Made by a program: the position numbers and the translations under genes
Notes under the pieces: model-generated
What the model was told of the DNA's origin: nothing
What the model saw: only the letters and a program-made list of their open reading frames with translations
Database searches by the model: none
In this document: piece after piece, positions 62,597-64,000 of the stretch
Numbering within the stretch: the stretch's first letter is position 1
Layout: the number at the start of each line of letters is the position of its first letter
NCBI GenBank assembly: GCA_963750165.1
Contig: CAVVPN010000003.1
Location: forward strand, 800,001-864,000
DNA length: 64,000 bases
Direction of reading: 5' to 3'
From: an uncultured Gemmataceae bacterium
GTDB taxonomy: Bacteria; Planctomycetota; Planctomycetia; Gemmatales; Gemmataceae

Positions 62597-64000
62597 ATGA
62601 AAGGACGTACCGTTCGCTGGCTCGTACCAGCCGCGATCGCATTGACCCTGGTGGCGCGCAGCCACCTCGGTGCCCAGAACGCCGACAAGACGAAGACCGC
62701 CACCGAGGCCGTCATTCCCGGCCCGGGCGCCATCCAGTCCGTCGCGATTCACCCGACGGCGGTGAACCTCAAGGGCGAGGATGATTCCGCCCAGTTGATT
62801 GTCACCGGCACGCTGGCCGGCAACCGCCTGCAGGATTTGACCGGCGACGTGAAGTACGAGGTCGCCAACCCCAAACTGGCGCGCGTCACCACGACAGGGC
62901 GCATCATCCCGCTGGCCGACGGCGCCACGCAGGTGACCGCCCGCTACGGCAACCATGCCGTGACGGTGCCGCTCAAGATGGAGAAGATGACGGAGAACCT
63001 GCCGATCAACTTCACCAACCATATCGTGCCGATCTTCACAAAACTGGGCTGCAACGGCGGCGGTTGCCACGGCAAGTCCGGCGGCCAGAACGGCTTTGCC
63101 CTGAGCCTGCTCGGCTTCGTGCCGGAGCTGGACTATCAAGCGCTGGTCAAGGAGAACCGCGGTCGCCGGCTGTTCCTGGCGGCGCCGGCGCAGAGCCTGC
63201 TGCTGACCAAGGCGACCGGCACCATGGCGCACGCCGGCGGCAAGCGCATGGAGGTCGGCTCGGACGAATACAAGCTCGTCAAGCGCTGGATCGCCTCCGG
63301 TACGCCGTTCGGCAAGGACAGCGATCCGAAGGTCACGAAGATCACGGTGTACCCCGAGCACCGCATCATCCCGCGCAACAACCGTCAGCAATTCGCGGTT
63401 TACGCTCACTACAGTGACGGCAACGTCCTGGACGTGACGCAGCGGGCGCAGTACGAGAGCAACGAACCGGATGTGGCGGTGGTGGACGGCAACGGCCTGG
63501 TGCGGACGCTGGAGCTGAGCGGCGAGGCGGCGGTCATGGCCCGCTACCAGGGCCAGGTGACCGTCTTCCGCGCCACGGTGCCGCTGGGCATGAAGATCCC
63601 GGACTACAAGTTCGCGTATCAAACGGTCGTGGACCGCTACACGCACAAGCAGTGGCAGCAGCTGGGCATCGTGCCGTCGGAGCTGTGCAGCGATGAGCAG
63701 TTCATTCGGCGCGCGTCGCTGGACATCACCGGCACGCTGCCGACGCCGGCGCAGATCAAGGAGTTCCTGGCCGACAAGGCGCCGGACAAGCGCGACCGGT
63801 TGATCGACCGTCTGGTGGACACGCCGGAGTACAGCTATTACTTCGCGAACCGCTGGGCAGACCTGCTGCGTGTGCGTCGCGGCAAGAACGTCAACCGGGC
63901 CTTCGGCACCTTCGCGTTCCACAACTGGATTCGCGCGAGCCTGGCCGCGGACAAGCCGTACAACGACTTCGCTCGCGAAATCCTGGGCGCCGTCGGCGAC
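62597..64000 (+). CDS. DUF1549/DUF1553 planctomycete protein with Ig-like domains (runs off the window end)
   Basis: Signal peptide, GCNGGGCHGK..GQNGF.LSL, FIRRASLDITGTLPT, DKRDRLIDRL. Confidence 0.88.
   Translation, partial: MKGRTVRWLVPAAIALTLVARSHLGAQNADKTKTATEAVIPGPGAIQSVAIHPTAVNLKGEDDSAQLIVTGTLAGNRLQDLTGDVKYEVANPKLARVTTTGRIIPLADGATQVTARYGNHAVTVPLKMEKMTENLPINFTNHIVPIFTKLGCNGGGCHGKSGGQNGFALSLLGFVPELDYQALVKENRGRRLFLAAPAQSLLLTKATGTMAHAGGKRMEVGSDEYKLVKRWIASGTPFGKDSDPKVTKITVYPEHRIIPRNNRQQFAVYAHYSDGNVLDVTQRAQYESNEPDVAVVDGNGLVRTLELSGEAAVMARYQGQVTVFRATVPLGMKIPDYKFAYQTVVDRYTHKQWQQLGIVPSELCSDEQFIRRASLDITGTLPTPAQIKEFLADKAPDKRDRLIDRLVDTPEYSYYFANRWADLLRVRRGKNVNRAFGTFAFHNWIRASLAADKPYNDFAREILGAVGD

Overview
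GC-rich bacterial DNA, most likely Planctomycetota (Gemmataceae-like). The evidence is DUF1501 and DUF1549/1553 proteins, an LE-x-R extracellular signal and planctomycete-type integrase remnants. In order, the window holds: cca/rsmD and a diguanylate cyclase; a tRNA-Lys(UUU) gene split by a 238-nt group I intron, facing tRNA-Arg(ACG), with integrase and antitoxin debris around them; housekeeping and metabolic genes; an S10-spc ribosomal operon lacking rplC, rplX and rpmD and carrying an initiator-type tRNA-Met between rpsS and rplV; large surface proteins, one with a ~120-aa Gly/Met tract; and WD40, TPR and other genes at the end. The strongest candidate for an undescribed system is a sigma-54 general-stress/dormancy regulon. 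An NtrC-type activator and a sensorless degenerate kinase sit among stress genes, and nine correctly spaced and oriented -24/-12 motifs lie upstream of stress-type and signalling genes. Many intergenic palindromes of several REP-like families occur. About ten single-base frameshifts in otherwise intact genes suggest long-read indel errors. All calls come from reading the sequence; no database searches were run.
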